Positions 20,118 to 31,426 of a stretch of DNA of 64,000 nucleotides are shown here, one piece after another. The DNA lies in contig JBMNJG010000006.1 in NCBI GenBank assembly GCA_050951545.1, positions 128,001 through 192,000 on the forward strand, read 5' to 3'. Under the pieces are notes generated by a model. It saw only the letters and a list, made by a program, of their open reading frames with translations, was not told the origin of the DNA and searched no databases. Made by a program: the position numbers and the translations under genes. Numbering within the stretch: position 1 is the stretch's first letter; each line of letters opens with the position of its first letter. The DNA comes from Limnochordia bacterium. Its GTDB lineage: Bacteria; Bacillota; Limnochordia; DTU080.

Positions 20118-21338
20118 CTAACCTGTAGTTACCCTATCGCTACGGGTAACCAATCCCGTTCGGCGCAGCTTGGCTCGGACATCGACCTCGATATCCATAT
20201 CCGGGAAAAGCAGCTCCTGCCAGCCGTCCTTCACCTTCTCCCAGAGTTTGGGGTTAGAGCGGTAGAGTGATGCGCCAAACCCTAGGTAGTCGGTCTGGAG
20301 CTCTTGTGCTTTGACTACTGCGGCTCGGATCTCCTCTCGGATGGCCTCCGCCATCCGACTTTCCATCGACACCCATAGGTCCGCGCGCTCCGGCTCAATG
20401 AGGCCAGTGGTATCCCCCAGATTGCCTTCGACTTCGATCCGTATTCTGGCGATGAACCGCCCCTCTGTTGGTTCCACCTGACTCTGACAGCGCCCGCGAA
20501 TGATCTCTATTCCAATACTGCTACCTCGAGTAAGCGGATTCTCAATGACAATGAGTCCACTTTTCACTTTGGAACGGACCCAGTTCAGACCCCGCGTCTC
20601 CGATTTATCTAGCCACCCTACGAGGCGATCGCCTTTGAACGCGGCGGCCCCTGTGAACCGTGCAGAAGAGCCGACCTTTTCACGCAGCACCTCGCCCCGG
20701 ATGTCAGCCTCCTGTGGTCGGGGCACGATCTCTACCCGTGAGGCCACAGCGTTGCTGCCAACTGTTTCCAAGAGTTGCACAAACTCGTTAAGCCGGATGG
20801 TCACCACGGTTGAGAGCGTGATGGAAGCATTGTCAAGAACGCCTCGCCCGCCTTCAGAGGGCTGGCGCTCCAACTCAAACTGTGTCTGTAGCATTTCCGA
20901 GGCCGCTGCTCCCTTGGCCACGGCCACTTGCACCGTGCGCCTGGCCTCCCCATCCCTTGACCACAGATCGAGAGCCGACAGGATCCCCTCTCGAGCGAAA
21001 TCCTCTCCGAACAGGAGCCAGCGGTTGTGAGCGAAAAACAGGCGCCTCGGTGATTGGCTATTACCGTTACGTATAGCGTCAAACACAGTCTCTCCCGTGC
21101 TACTCAGGATCCATATGGGAGACTCCTGGGGCGTACCTTTTTCCCCACCGCCGATGGCAAAGGGTTTGGCGACTAGCATGGTGAGCTGAATCTTACCTTC
21201 CTCTTGTGCCTTGTCAATGCCCACCGCCATTACAAAACCCAGAGTCTCGATCTCTCGCCCATTCCAACAACCCGAGACCGACCAGGCGAGGGACAGCCAC
21301 AGCAAAATGAGTGGTAGCCGCCTGCGCAAAAAGCCCAC
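20118..21338 (-). CDS. gerKC: Ger(x)C family spore germination lipoprotein
   Basis: Lipobox SGCWNGREIE, VMAVGID, GAAAFKGDRLVGWL, DYLGFG. Confidence 0.92.
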   Translation of the reverse strand: MGFLRRRLPLILLWLSLAWSVSGCWNGREIETLGFVMAVGIDKAQEEGKIQLTMLVAKPFAIGGGEKGTPQESPIWILSSTGETVFDAIRNGNSQSPRRLFFAHNRWLLFGEDFAREGILSALDLWSRDGEARRTVQVAVAKGAAASEMLQTQFELERQPSEGGRGVLDNASITLSTVVTIRLNEFVQLLETVGSNAVASRVEIVPRPQEADIRGEVLREKVGSSARFTGAAAFKGDRLVGWLDKSETRGLNWVRSKVKSGLIVIENPLTRGSSIGIEIIRGRCQSQVEPTEGRFIARIRIEVEGNLGDTTGLIEPERADLWVSMESRMAEAIREEIRAAVVKAQELQTDYLGFGASLYRSNPKLWEKVKDGWQELLFPDMDIEVDVRAKLRRTGLVTRSDRVTTG

Positions 21339-21347
21339 TATGGGATC

Positions 21348-22484
21348 CTACCTCCCATTCGCCTCAGCCCGATGGCCCCTGAGGAGCCGGGCTAGGCTTA
21401 GTATCGTCATGTAGCTTACGAGAGCCACGATGATGCACACACCACTCCCCCTCGGGTCCACCATCATCTCAACATCGGTGATGTTCTTGAAGAGCGACAA
21501 ACCTAAGCTGACTGTGAGTACACCGAGTGGGTAGACCAAGGGCTGATAGCGCTGTAGGCCAAAGACCTGCGCCAATCCGGCGGCGCTGGCCCATATGAAG
21601 CAAGCGATCTTGATACCAGCGCTGACAGTCCAGACCCCCATAGGAATGACCTCAACTCTCTCGAGGAAGCCGCCTACTGAGATCATCCGTCCAAGACTGA
21701 AGGCTGGGAGCGTAAGGGACGGCGCCAACACTCCGAAAACAGCCACCAAGACGGCAGCGAAGCCTACCCCCACGAGGCCAGCGGCGCCTACAGCATAGAG
21801 GCTGAAGCGTCTGGCATCAGAAGGACAAGTGAGGAAAGGCATGATCATCCCCACGACAATGGTCTCCAGGAAAATGATCCATGAGGTGCCCGCCTCCCCA
21901 ACCGCTGCCCCCAGGCCGCCTGGGAGCACAGGTCTCAGGTTTTCGACCTTCATAGCGTTGGCCGGAAGAACAAGCACCAGGAGGGCAAAGAAGAGCACCA
22001 TCCAAAACACGCTCTCTGCCATACGCCCTACCACCTCCAAGCCACCGTGGGCAGCGTTGGCCCCGAGGAAAACCATGACAGCCATGACTATCACGATAGG
22101 AGTCTCAGGCATGATAGCCACAGCGTAAGCCTCACCTATGGCCCTAGCAGTCGTGGCCGCCTTGCCAAGAAAGAAGAGGATGAGTCCCAGACCGAGAAGC
22201 TTGCCCACGACCTTTCCGAAGAGGATCTCGCTGTATTCCACAATGGTTTTGCCGGGAAAGGACAGTCCAAGCCACACGATCCATAGAGCCACAGGTATCG
22301 TAGCCAGCACCGAGAGTAGCACGGCAATCCAGCCATCTTGCGGGATGGGGATACCTGTGATGGCCGGAAAGGTGACGGTGATCGGGACCATGCGGGCCAG
22401 AAAGAGCATCGCCATCAGCTGATGACCCTGAATGAGGCCCTGCTCCACCTCATGAATAGGCGTTGGCTCGGCGCCCTTGCTCAT
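21348..22484 (-). CDS. gerKB: GerAB-family spore germination permease
   Basis: QDGWIA, MPETP, GLEVVGR, GFLERVE; polytopic. Confidence 0.9.
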   Translation of the reverse strand: MSKGAEPTPIHEVEQGLIQGHQLMAMLFLARMVPITVTFPAITGIPIPQDGWIAVLLSVLATIPVALWIVWLGLSFPGKTIVEYSEILFGKVVGKLLGLGLILFFLGKAATTARAIGEAYAVAIMPETPIVIVMAVMVFLGANAAHGGLEVVGRMAESVFWMVLFFALLVLVLPANAMKVENLRPVLPGGLGAAVGEAGTSWIIFLETIVVGMIMPFLTCPSDARRFSLYAVGAAGLVGVGFAAVLVAVFGVLAPSLTLPAFSLGRMISVGGFLERVEVIPMGVWTVSAGIKIACFIWASAAGLAQVFGLQRYQPLVYPLGVLTVSLGLSLFKNITDVEMMVDPRGSGVCIIVALVSYMTILSLARLLRGHRAEANGR

Positions 22485-24160
22485 CGCGGATCCTCCTGCC
22501 TTCTGGATGTAGGCGGTTCTGGCCGTAGATCTCTTCCCTGTCTACGGGTACCACTCTTCTGCCCCACTAGTCTGGGTCGCCTATCCATTCGCCACCAGGG
22601 CACACGGATGAGCGCATCTTTAAGATCAGTGACCATGACTGGCCCCAGTGGTTCGGCGTAGGGTACACCGAGCGAACGAAGAGAGATCAGGTGAACTTGA
22701 AGAGCGAACAGGCCAGCAATCACCCCAAAGAGGCCCAGAGCACCAGCGAGCACAAGGAAGCCGAACCGTAGTAGTCGAGGTGCCGTACCAAAGCTGAAAA
22801 CTGGCACGGAAAACGAGGCAATCCCCGTAGCAGCGACTACCACCACCATGATCGGTGAGACCAGGCCAGCCCGGATGGCAGCATCGCCCAAGACCAAGGC
22901 TCCGATGATGCTGATTGCTGGCCCGACGATACGCGGCAAGCGCACTCCGGCTTCCCGCATCAGCTCAAAGAGCACCTCTATCACGAGTGCCTCAATCACT
23001 GTCGGAAACGGGACACCTTCGCGCTGCGAGGCGATGTTAAGTATGAGTGAGGTCGGTAACATCTCCTGATGAAAAGTGACAATCGCTACGTATACGGGGG
23101 TTAGCACAAGCGATGCAACAAAAGCCGCGAAACGCAGAGCCCGTAGGGCGCTGGCAAGGAGAAAACCGCTGAAGTAATCCTCTGGAGTCCCCAGGAACAT
23201 GGTTAGTGTAGCGGGAGCCACCAACTGAAAGGATGACCCATCCGTCATGACCACTATCCGGCCCTCAAGCAAAGCACCACTAACGCGGTCCGGCCGCTCA
23301 GTCGGCATCCACGTTGGGAAAGGCGAGTAGGGAGCGTCACGGATGAACTCCTCGAGCTGACCACTGGCCTGGATAGCGTCGACGTTAATCCGCTGTAGCC
23401 TATCACGGACCTCCTGGACGACTCGCTCATCAGCCAATCCGGCCACGTACACCAAGGCTACCGCGGTCTGACTGACGCGCCCCAATCGGTGTTCCTCGAT
23501 CCGCAAGCGAGAACTGCCGATCCGCCTACGCACCAAGGCAGTGTTGGTACGCAGGCTCTCGACAAACCCTTCCTTGATTCCTCGAATGGTGGGCTCGTTG
23601 ACAGGTTCCTCAACGGTCCTTTCTTTCCAGCCACTTGTGCCCAAGATCAGAGCGCTAGAAACACCCTGTATCATGAGAGCCGAGTCACCAGCACCAAGAG
23701 CTACCAAAACCCGTACCCAAGTGTGCGCTTCCTCCGATACGTCTGCGACTGCCAACAGACGCTCCTTCAGGTATTGATAGGCTTCCTGGCCGCTGCTCCA
23801 CGACGCCTCAGTCTGAGTGATAGGTAGGAGCACCGACTTTGTCAGATACTGCTTATCGGTAAGGCCGTCAATCGAGACCAAGAGAGCATGCGTATCGCCA
23901 TCTCTGCCAATCCGCAAGTGCCGGACTCGCAGATCCTCGCTGTGACCAAACTCCGCCTGGACGCGGGCTGCATTAACATCTAACTGCGGTGAGAGGCGCT
24001 CGCCCTGCTTATCGCAGCTCTGCCTGTCTTCGTTCTGTTTGTCCTTTCTGTGCCTGGCCTCGTCCTGGCTGCGCTGCCTTGTCTCAGGCGCGCCCTGCGA
24101 GCCAGTGGCGCCCCTCTTGCGGCGCCGAAGTAGCTTCCGCAGCTTTCTCAACATCGACAC
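22481..24160 (-). CDS. gerKA: GerA-family spore germination protein
   Basis: EPTIRGIKEGFVE, TERPDRV, LLEGRI..DGS, REGVPFP, REAGVRLP. Confidence 0.93.
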   Translation of the reverse strand: MSMLRKLRKLLRRRKRGATGSQGAPETRQRSQDEARHRKDKQNEDRQSCDKQGERLSPQLDVNAARVQAEFGHSEDLRVRHLRIGRDGDTHALLVSIDGLTDKQYLTKSVLLPITQTEASWSSGQEAYQYLKERLLAVADVSEEAHTWVRVLVALGAGDSALMIQGVSSALILGTSGWKERTVEEPVNEPTIRGIKEGFVESLRTNTALVRRRIGSSRLRIEEHRLGRVSQTAVALVYVAGLADERVVQEVRDRLQRINVDAIQASGQLEEFIRDAPYSPFPTWMPTERPDRVSGALLEGRIVVMTDGSSFQLVAPATLTMFLGTPEDYFSGFLLASALRALRFAAFVASLVLTPVYVAIVTFHQEMLPTSLILNIASQREGVPFPTVIEALVIEVLFELMREAGVRLPRIVGPAISIIGALVLGDAAIRAGLVSPIMVVVVAATGIASFSVPVFSFGTAPRLLRFGFLVLAGALGLFGVIAGLFALQVHLISLRSLGVPYAEPLGPVMVTDLKDALIRVPWWRMDRRPRLVGQKSGTRRQGRDLRPEPPTSRRQEDPR

Positions 24161-24253
24161 CTGACACCCCCGACCAATCGGGAAGCCGAAAGACTTCCTG
24201 CAGGAACAGATTTAGGCTCTCCAGCTCGGTGTCGAGTTATGCTGTACACGCGA

Positions 24254-24279
24254 CAATGACCGCCTCTCGGCGGTCATTG
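24254..24279 (-). terminator. Hairpin downstream of SBP gene
   Basis: caatgaccgcc-tctc-ggcggtcattg. Confidence 0.6.
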
Positions 24280-24303
24280 CGGTCATAAACTCTCTGCCAC
24301 TGC

Positions 24304-25587
24304 CTACGGCTCAGCAGCTATCAAGCGCTCGGCCATGGGCCGAATCTGCTCGATGGCAGCACTCGCTGGCATAGCACCGCTTCCTATTCGCGTCAGTGCA
24401 GGTCCTATGGTATTCACCATGATTTCATCCCATTGCAGTAGATGAGGCAGGGGCCTTCCGTGCTCAGATGCGTACAAGAGCGTGATATCACGCAGACTGG
24501 CGGGCTGGGTCCCTATGGGCTGGAAGATATTCCAGAGCCTTCGCTCACGCGTCTGCGGTGGAAAACGCTTATTGCTGACATAGATCCCATGCCCGGGACT
24601 TTCCGGCCCTAGCAGAAACTGTAGAAAAGCCCATGCCTCCTCCAGCTTGTCCGTTGTCGAGCTGATGGACATCGCGTTTGCCTTCCAGATGCCCTTCTGA
24701 CCGCCGGGACCGCCCGGGGGCAGGGTTACATCCCACTCAAACGGGCGCTCCAGTTTGGTGACCGAGGGAAAGCCTGCAGGGTACATCACGGTGAGCGAGC
24801 GCGTCTGCCGCTCAAAGTCACCGCCCACAACGCCATGAACCAGGTTCAGATCAGCTAGCCACTGCAACGCTTCTATGGTGGCTGGCTCGGCAAGACGGAA
24901 CTGCTTGCTAGTTTCGTCCATCACATCACCGCCCGCCCCCCAAACCCACGGCCACACGCTGCCCCACGACAGGTAACCACCAGTACCCCAGCGAATCGTA
25001 CGTTCCCCGTCGCTCTTAGTGAGCTTGCGCATGTACTCTAAGAAAGTATCGCGGCTCCAATGCTGGTCGGGCCTCGTCAGCCCCGCTTCGGCCACATGAT
25101 CAGCGTTATATACATAGTATTGCGGTGCCGAGCAATAAGGCAAGCCGTAGGTCTTCCCCCGATACTGCACGTCTAGCAAAGCCACGGGGAAATACTCTCG
25201 CATGTCGATGCTACGAGTCTGAGCTATCAAATCGTCAAGAGGCCGAATCATGTTGTTGGTCACGAACTCTGCGGTATAGTAGCCATCGACGACATAGACA
25301 TCAGGGGCCAATCCCCCCGCCGTCAGGACCTTCATCTTGGGATGGTGCTCCCCGTAAGTGGATCCAATGTACTCAATCTTGATATCAGGGTTCATCTTCT
25401 CAAAGGTGGCTATCAGTTCCTGATCTATGGGCGCAGGTCCCCAGGTCGCCCACTGCAACGTCACGGTCTTGGCTGAGCTACCGAGCACAACCACACACAA
25501 CAGCGAAACCACGGCAACGTACTGCAAACGACGGCATAGCAAACTCAACAATTCCCCAGTCTCCCTTCGCTTTTCTTGGTCTGTCAA
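24304..25587 (-). CDS. Sugar ABC-type extracellular solute-binding protein
   Basis: FEKMNPDIKIE, GGLAPDV, YRGKTYGLP, EEAWAFLQFL. Confidence 0.88.
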   Translation of the reverse strand: MTDQEKRRETGELLSLLCRRLQYVAVVSLLCVVVLGSSAKTVTLQWATWGPAPIDQELIATFEKMNPDIKIEYIGSTYGEHHPKMKVLTAGGLAPDVYVVDGYYTAEFVTNNMIRPLDDLIAQTRSIDMREYFPVALLDVQYRGKTYGLPYCSAPQYYVYNADHVAEAGLTRPDQHWSRDTFLEYMRKLTKSDGERTIRWGTGGYLSWGSVWPWVWGAGGDVMDETSKQFRLAEPATIEALQWLADLNLVHGVVGGDFERQTRSLTVMYPAGFPSVTKLERPFEWDVTLPPGGPGGQKGIWKANAMSISSTTDKLEEAWAFLQFLLGPESPGHGIYVSNKRFPPQTRERRLWNIFQPIGTQPASLRDITLLYASEHGRPLPHLLQWDEIMVNTIGPALTRIGSGAMPASAAIEQIRPMAERLIAAEP

Positions 25588-25832
25588 CCCTTTCGTCGCA
25601 TCGCCAGTTGCCTACAGTTGGGTACCAACTCCGTAACTTCGAGACGATTGCCATCCGGACACGTAACCCAATAAGACCTCCGTCTCCGCCCGTACGAGGC
25701 TCACCGGTGATCTTCTGCCCTCCAAGAAGCGTGACCTATATGAAATTCCTCATCAAAACAAAGAAACCTTTGAAGGACAACAGATCAGGGGCCAGAGTCG
25801 AAAAGGGAGGCACTTGGGGATCCAGTTGCTCC

Positions 25833-28800
25833 ATCCCGATTCTAGGTGTGTGGGGGAGCCTATGCACTGAGCTGGAACAATGGTCCGGTGTCGGGTCAAT
25901 CCCCGCGTGTGCGGGGGAGCCCGCAGACGCCAAGATTCGGCTCGGCAGTTATGGGGTCAATCCCCGCGTGTGCGGGGGAGCCCGAAATGGCAATGCAGCT
26001 GCAGAAGCAGGACGAGGTCAATCCCCGCGTGTGCGGGGGAGCCGAGTGAGACAAGAACAAAAGGAGGCGCCACAACGGTCAATCCCCGCGTGTGCGGGGG
26101 AGCCCTCCAGGCACAGAGTATGGATCATCACACCCGCGGTCAATCCCCGCGTGTGCGGGGGAGCCGTAGGGTTCGGGGGCGTGGGGAGGTATGGGACGGG
26201 TCAATCCCCGCGTGTGCGGGGGAGCCACCGAGTTCAGGACTGAACAGGAAACAGACAGAGGTCAATCCCCGCGTGTGCGGGGGAGCCCGCTGGTGATCAG
26301 GATGGGTTTGCCGATCACGCGGTCAATCCCCGCGTGTGCGGGGGAGCCGCACCCACCAACAGAGTCGAAGCCGTCCCATAGGGTCAATCCCCGCGTGTGC
26401 GGGGGAGCCACGTCACCGGTATAGGCGTCTATTACTCGCATCGGTCAATCCCCGCGTGTGCGGGGGAGCCATCCAGCGAGACGCAAAGAAGTATGGCCCG
26501 AGGGGTCAATCCCCGCGTGTGCGGGGGAGCCTACTTTGAGCCAACCCCAGTCATTCTAGATATGGGTCAATCCCCGCGTGTGCGGGGGAGCCTTCTCCCA
26601 GACGATAGCGTGCTTGCTTCGCCAGGGTCAATCCCCGCGTGTGCGGGGGAGCCGAGATCGACAAGCAGTACGCCATCCTGCAAGAGGGTCAATCCCCGCG
26701 TGTGCGGGGGAGCCTCGGCGACTACGACCCGGAAGTAGGAGCCTGGAGGTCAATCCCCGCGTGTGCGGGGGAGCCACGGTCGAGCCGTCAATCGTCACGG
26801 CGAAATAGGGTCAATCCCCGCGTGTGCGGGGGAGCCACATGCCCTTTTGGTACCTTGCGGCCATGGTGCGGTCAATCCCCGCGTGTGCGGGGGAGCCTTC
26901 GGGTTTATTCGAAACAACTCGGTGCGTAAGGGTCAATCCCCGCGTGTGCGGGGGAGCCGTATATCACCGAGCCTACGGTTCGAGCATAAGCGGTCAATCC
27001 CCGCGTGTGCGGGGGAGCCTTGGGTATGGGCAGTTGTTTCGTGGCCTTCAAGGGTCAATCCCCGCGTGTGCGGGGGAGCCTTACGCTGGCGTTGGCCAAC
27101 AGCAGAACAGAGAGGTCAATCCCCGCGTGTGCGGGGGAGCCAGGCCTGGAACCTCCCAAGGGTAATGCGGCTGAGGTCAATCCCCGCGTGTGCGGGGGAG
27201 CCGCTCGTACTTCCGCCCCTCACAGCGGAAACACCGGTCAATCCCCGCGTGTGCGGGGGAGCCGGCTGGTATAGCGACGGGTCATACCGATCCTGGGGTC
27301 AATCCCCGCGTGTGCGGGGGAGCCCCAAGCAGGGCATCACCATACACCCCAGCGTGAGGCCAATCCCCGCGTGTGCGGGGGAGCCGGTCCTCACACTAAC
27401 GCCGACCAGCATAACGGAGGTCAATCCCCGCGTGTGCGGGGGAGCCGTAACGATCGACGGCTCGACCGTGCGTCTCACAGGTCAATCCCCGCGTGTGCGG
27501 GGGAGCCATCTAAGGGATTTGGGGTGCGCGCTCGCTCACGGGTCAATCCCCGCGTGTGCGGGGGAGCCGGCCTTTTAGCTGGTGTTTTGTTCCCGCATAT
27601 GGGTCAATCCCCGCGTGTGCGGGGGGAGCCGCTAGCAGGCACGGCGCGTTCATTGTCCGGACGACGTAGGCGGTCAATCCCCGCGTGTGCGGGGGAGCCA
27701 GCCCCTTGGCGCGCAGATAGGCAAACAACTCCGGTCAATCCCCGCGTGTGCGGGGGAGCCGTGGAGTGATGGCAAGGCACGAGACAAGTAGCGGGTCAAT
27801 CCCCGCGTGTGCGGGGGAGCCTGCCGCGAGTACGAGGCCGACGACTGTGAGGCAGGTCAATCCCCGCGTGTGCGGGGGAGCCCGGGAAGCGATACTCGGA
27901 AATAGCGGTCCCACCGGTCAATCCCCGCGTGTGCGGGGGAGCCCACACCCAGTACGTAGGCCCGCACAAAGTACAGGGTCAATCCCCGCGTGTGCGGGGG
28001 AGCCCACGCTTTACGATCGACACGGAGACAGACAGATGGTCAATCCCCGCGTGTGCGGGGGAGCCTATAGTCGGTGCCCTGGTCGGTAGCACCTGTGAGG
28101 TCAATCCCCGCGTGTGCGGGGGAGCCTGTGATGGAAGCTGATAGAGTGCAAGTGCCCAGGGTCAATCCCCGCGTGTGCGGGGGAGCCATGCTTCGTTCTG
28201 CGAGTGCTTCGCCTATCACAGGTCAATCCCCGCGTGTGCGGGGGAGCCCCCCAGATCACGCGCTCTGCAGGTACAGCAGCCGGTCAATCCCCGCGTGTGC
28301 GGGGGAGCCGCAGGACAAGCCTAGCCAAGGGGATCGGCATCGGGTCAATCCCCGCGTGTGCGGGGGAGCCATACTCCAAATGCCCCACCAGCGTGTCGAA
28401 GGCGGTCAATCCCCGCGTGTGCGGGGGAGCCCCATACCACGCGAGCCCCATCCAACCCAACGCGGGTCAATCCCCGCGTGTGCGGGGGAGCCTACAGAAC
28501 GAAGAGATAGAGTGCTGGCGCAACGGGTCAATCCCCGCGTGTGCGGGGGAGCCCAACGCGGGTGAGCTCATCAGCCCGAGCTGTGAGGTCAATCCCCGCG
28601 TGTGCGGGGGAGCCGCTTCCATCCACGTTGTACCAGCACCTGTTTGAGGTCAATCCCCGCGTGTGCGGGGGAGCCAAAAAAATCTGTCTCTCATCGCACT
28701 GGAAATATGGTCAATCCCCGCGTGTGCGGGGGAGCCCCTTCTGACCAAGCGCAGAACCTTGTATGCGCAGGTCAATCCCCGCGTGTGCGGGGGAGCCCGG

Positions 28801-31109
28801 CTACAACGTGACGTCGATGCCTACGCTTGGGGTCAATCCCCGCGTGTGCGGGGGAGCCTCCAGGTCACCGGCGGTGATGGCGAGGGGCCCAGGTCAATCC
28901 CCGCGTGTGCGGGGGAGCCTCCGCCATGCTCACCCCTCCAAATCGGGTATGAGGTCAATCCCCGCGTGTGCGGGGGAGCCACACGCATCATCTGGCTACG
29001 GCGGGTCTGCCGGGGTCAATCCCCGCGTGTGCGGGGGAGCCTTGTTTGAACTGAGCAGTTAGGTCTTTTATCTCGGTCAATCCCCGCGTGTGCGGGGGAG
29101 CCACATCTCCGGGACTGTTACGGGCGGTTGATATGGGTCAATCCCCGCGTGTGCGGGGGAGCCCCTACGGGAGGGGGCGGACGACGATGCTGAGCCGGTC
29201 AATCCCCGCGTGTGCGGGGGAGCCATGGTGAGCTTCACGGGCGAACTGTGGGCAGGAGGTCAATCCCCGCGTGTGCGGGGGAGCCCAGCGGGGACGGCAA
29301 CGCGTTCAGCATACGAGGGGTCAATCCCCGCGTGTGCGGGGGAGCCATGCCCAGTCGTCAACCAGCAGTTTTGCGGTGAGGTCAATCCCCGCGTGTGCGG
29401 GGGAGCCACCGCGTGGTGCCCCGGCGCATCCCCCATGTAGGGTCAATCCCCGCGTGTGCGGGGGAGCCCTACCCGATCCCGGAGCTGTGGGGCCTAGTGG
29501 GGGTCAATCCCCGCGTGTGCGGGGGAGCCGTTGATTTCCTGCGAGGCAACCTTGCCCATGGAGGTCAATCCCCGCGTGTGCGGGGGAGCCAGCTTCAATA
29601 CGAGCCATGCTCTGGGTGCGGGCGGTCAATCCCCGCGTGTGCGGGGGAGCCGCACCGTGACGCTATCCGAGAGCTTGGGACGCGGGTCAATCCCCGCGTG
29701 TGCGGGGGAGCCTACGCCTGCCCGCGCTCGATGATCCTCCGTAGGGGTCAATCCCCGCGTGTGCGGGGGAGCCATATACTTTTCACGCCAGGTGACAACG
29801 AACACCGGTCAATCCCCGCGTGTGCGGGGGAGCCACAACCGATCACGGTTACCTCGCGCATCCTGTTGGTCAATCCCCGCGTGTGCGGGGGAGCCCCGCC
29901 CAAGAACTTGCGAAGCACCTACATCAGCGGTCAATCCCCGCGTGTGCGGGGGAGCCGGGAACGCAAACGGCGTCTTACGCTGAAACTCCGGTCAATCCCC
30001 GCGTGTGCGGGGGAGCCGCCCCCTTTTAGTCTCGCCATAGCCTCGCGCAGGGTCAATCCCCGCGTGTGCGGGGGAGCCAAGAATCCATGAGAAAAGAAGC
30101 GCGGGAGCGAAGGTCAATCCCCGCGTGTGCGGGGGAGCCAACTAGCGGCATACTACGAGGAAGCGGACCAGGGGTCAATCCCCGCGTGTGCGGGGGAGCC
30201 GGAGATCATCCCGTACGCATGGCCTGGGGGATAGGTCAATCCCCGCGTGTGCGGGGGAGCCAGTACGCCTCTTCGAGTTCCAGTTTCGGCATCGGGTCAA
30301 TCCCCGCGTGTGCGGGGGAGCCGATCACCCCGATACACGGCACTATCCGTGATAGGGTCAATCCCCGCGTGTGCGGGGGAGCCTGGGGATAGGTCTGGAT
30401 CATGTGGGCCGGCACAGGTCAATCCCCGCGTGTGCGGGGGAGCCGATTGTCGGAACGAAAGATGTCGTGCTGAGCAGGGTCAATCCCCGCGTGTGCGGGG
30501 GAGCCCAAAATTAGTAGTATTCGCTGTACACAAGGAAGGGTCAATCCCCGCGTGTGCGGGGGAGCCTTCCGGTCCAGGCCCGACAGCCGCCGTGCAGGAG
30601 GTCAATCCCCGCGTGTGCGGGGGAGCCACGATCCCGATCGCGGGGTACTCCGTCAGCATGGGTCAATCCCCGCGTGTGCGGGGGAGCCTTCCAGGCATCC
30701 TCACGATGCCACCTCCTTGCGGGTCAATCCCCGCGTGTGCGGGGGAGCCGCCGCAGCCGCGTTGTAGCTGCGCCCCAATAACGGTCAATCCCCGCGTGTG
30801 CGGGGGAGCCCAGAATCAGGAACAGCTGTCATGGCCACTGTCGGTCAATCCCCGCGTGTGCGGGGGAGCCTACCACCAGAGGTATACGCAGCCATGGTGA
30901 CGAAGGTCAATCCCCGCGTGTGCGGGGGAGCCGTCCTCGATTTACCATGCTCAGCGCCGATGCGGGTCAATCCCCGCGTGTGCGGGGGAGCCTATCGTGA
31001 CGCCTGCTGCCAGAGTCGTGCAGGGTCAATCCCCGCGTGTGCGGGGGAGCCGTACACGCGCATAGTGAGGCACAGCCGTGGGGTCAATCCCCGCGTGTGC
31101 GGGGGAGCC
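25833..31109 (-). CRISPR. Type I-E-like CRISPR array: 86 repeats plus 1 degenerate trailer repeat, 86 spacers (mostly 33 nt)
   Basis: 28-bp repeat GGTCAATCCCCGCGTGTGCGGGGGAGCC (minus strand GGCTCCCCCGCACACGCGGGGATTGACC), 61-bp period, starts from 25894 to 31082; CCCCGC-N4-GCGGGG hairpin; degenerate copy ends at 25860; manual count. Confidence 0.98.
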
Positions 31110-31165
31110 TCTTTACACCAGACAGTATCTCATATATAATGATGCGTTTGTGTTAGGGTTTCATG
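31110..31165 (-). promoter_or_regulatory. CRISPR leader
   Basis: AT-rich stretch (tctttacaccagacagtatctcatatataatg) at the end opposite the degenerate repeat. Confidence 0.7.
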
Positions 31166-31426
31166 CCATCACGTCAATCTTCTTCGACTGAACGAGCCCA
31201 TTTCCTTCCTCGGTGTGCCTATCGTGATCTGGTGGTAGGCTTGCCAACCCTTCAATCAGCTCTGCGGGACTGAAGAGCCTGCAACCTCGCTTCGCTGTCT
31301 GGATGACCTCTGACTGAAGCGAGGCGGAATGACACCATCCTCCCTGTCCCGCCTGTCACCTCCATCTCAGGGCAGCTCGAGCCCTGTCTGCTGCATCATC
31401 TCAATAGCCTCTTCATCTGGGTTCCT

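Noticed and set aside
24231-24250. gtcgagttatgctgtac resembling the dispersed repeat core (also atgacacgaatctctgg at ~49830)
   Set aside because: About 14/17 matches only and not abutting an RBS; could be chance
25735-25832. A-rich stretch left of the array as the leader
   Set aside because: The degenerate repeat is at this end and the I-E repeat polarity points to the minus strand, so this is the trailer side
25861-31081. Self-targeting or duplicated spacers
   Set aside because: None spotted by eye, but the comparison was not exhaustive; needs an alignment search
25608-31139. Many ORFs with SIPACAGEP / VNPRVCGGA / GQSPRVRGS repeats
   Set aside because: Translations of the stop-free CRISPR repeat at a 61-bp period; not genes
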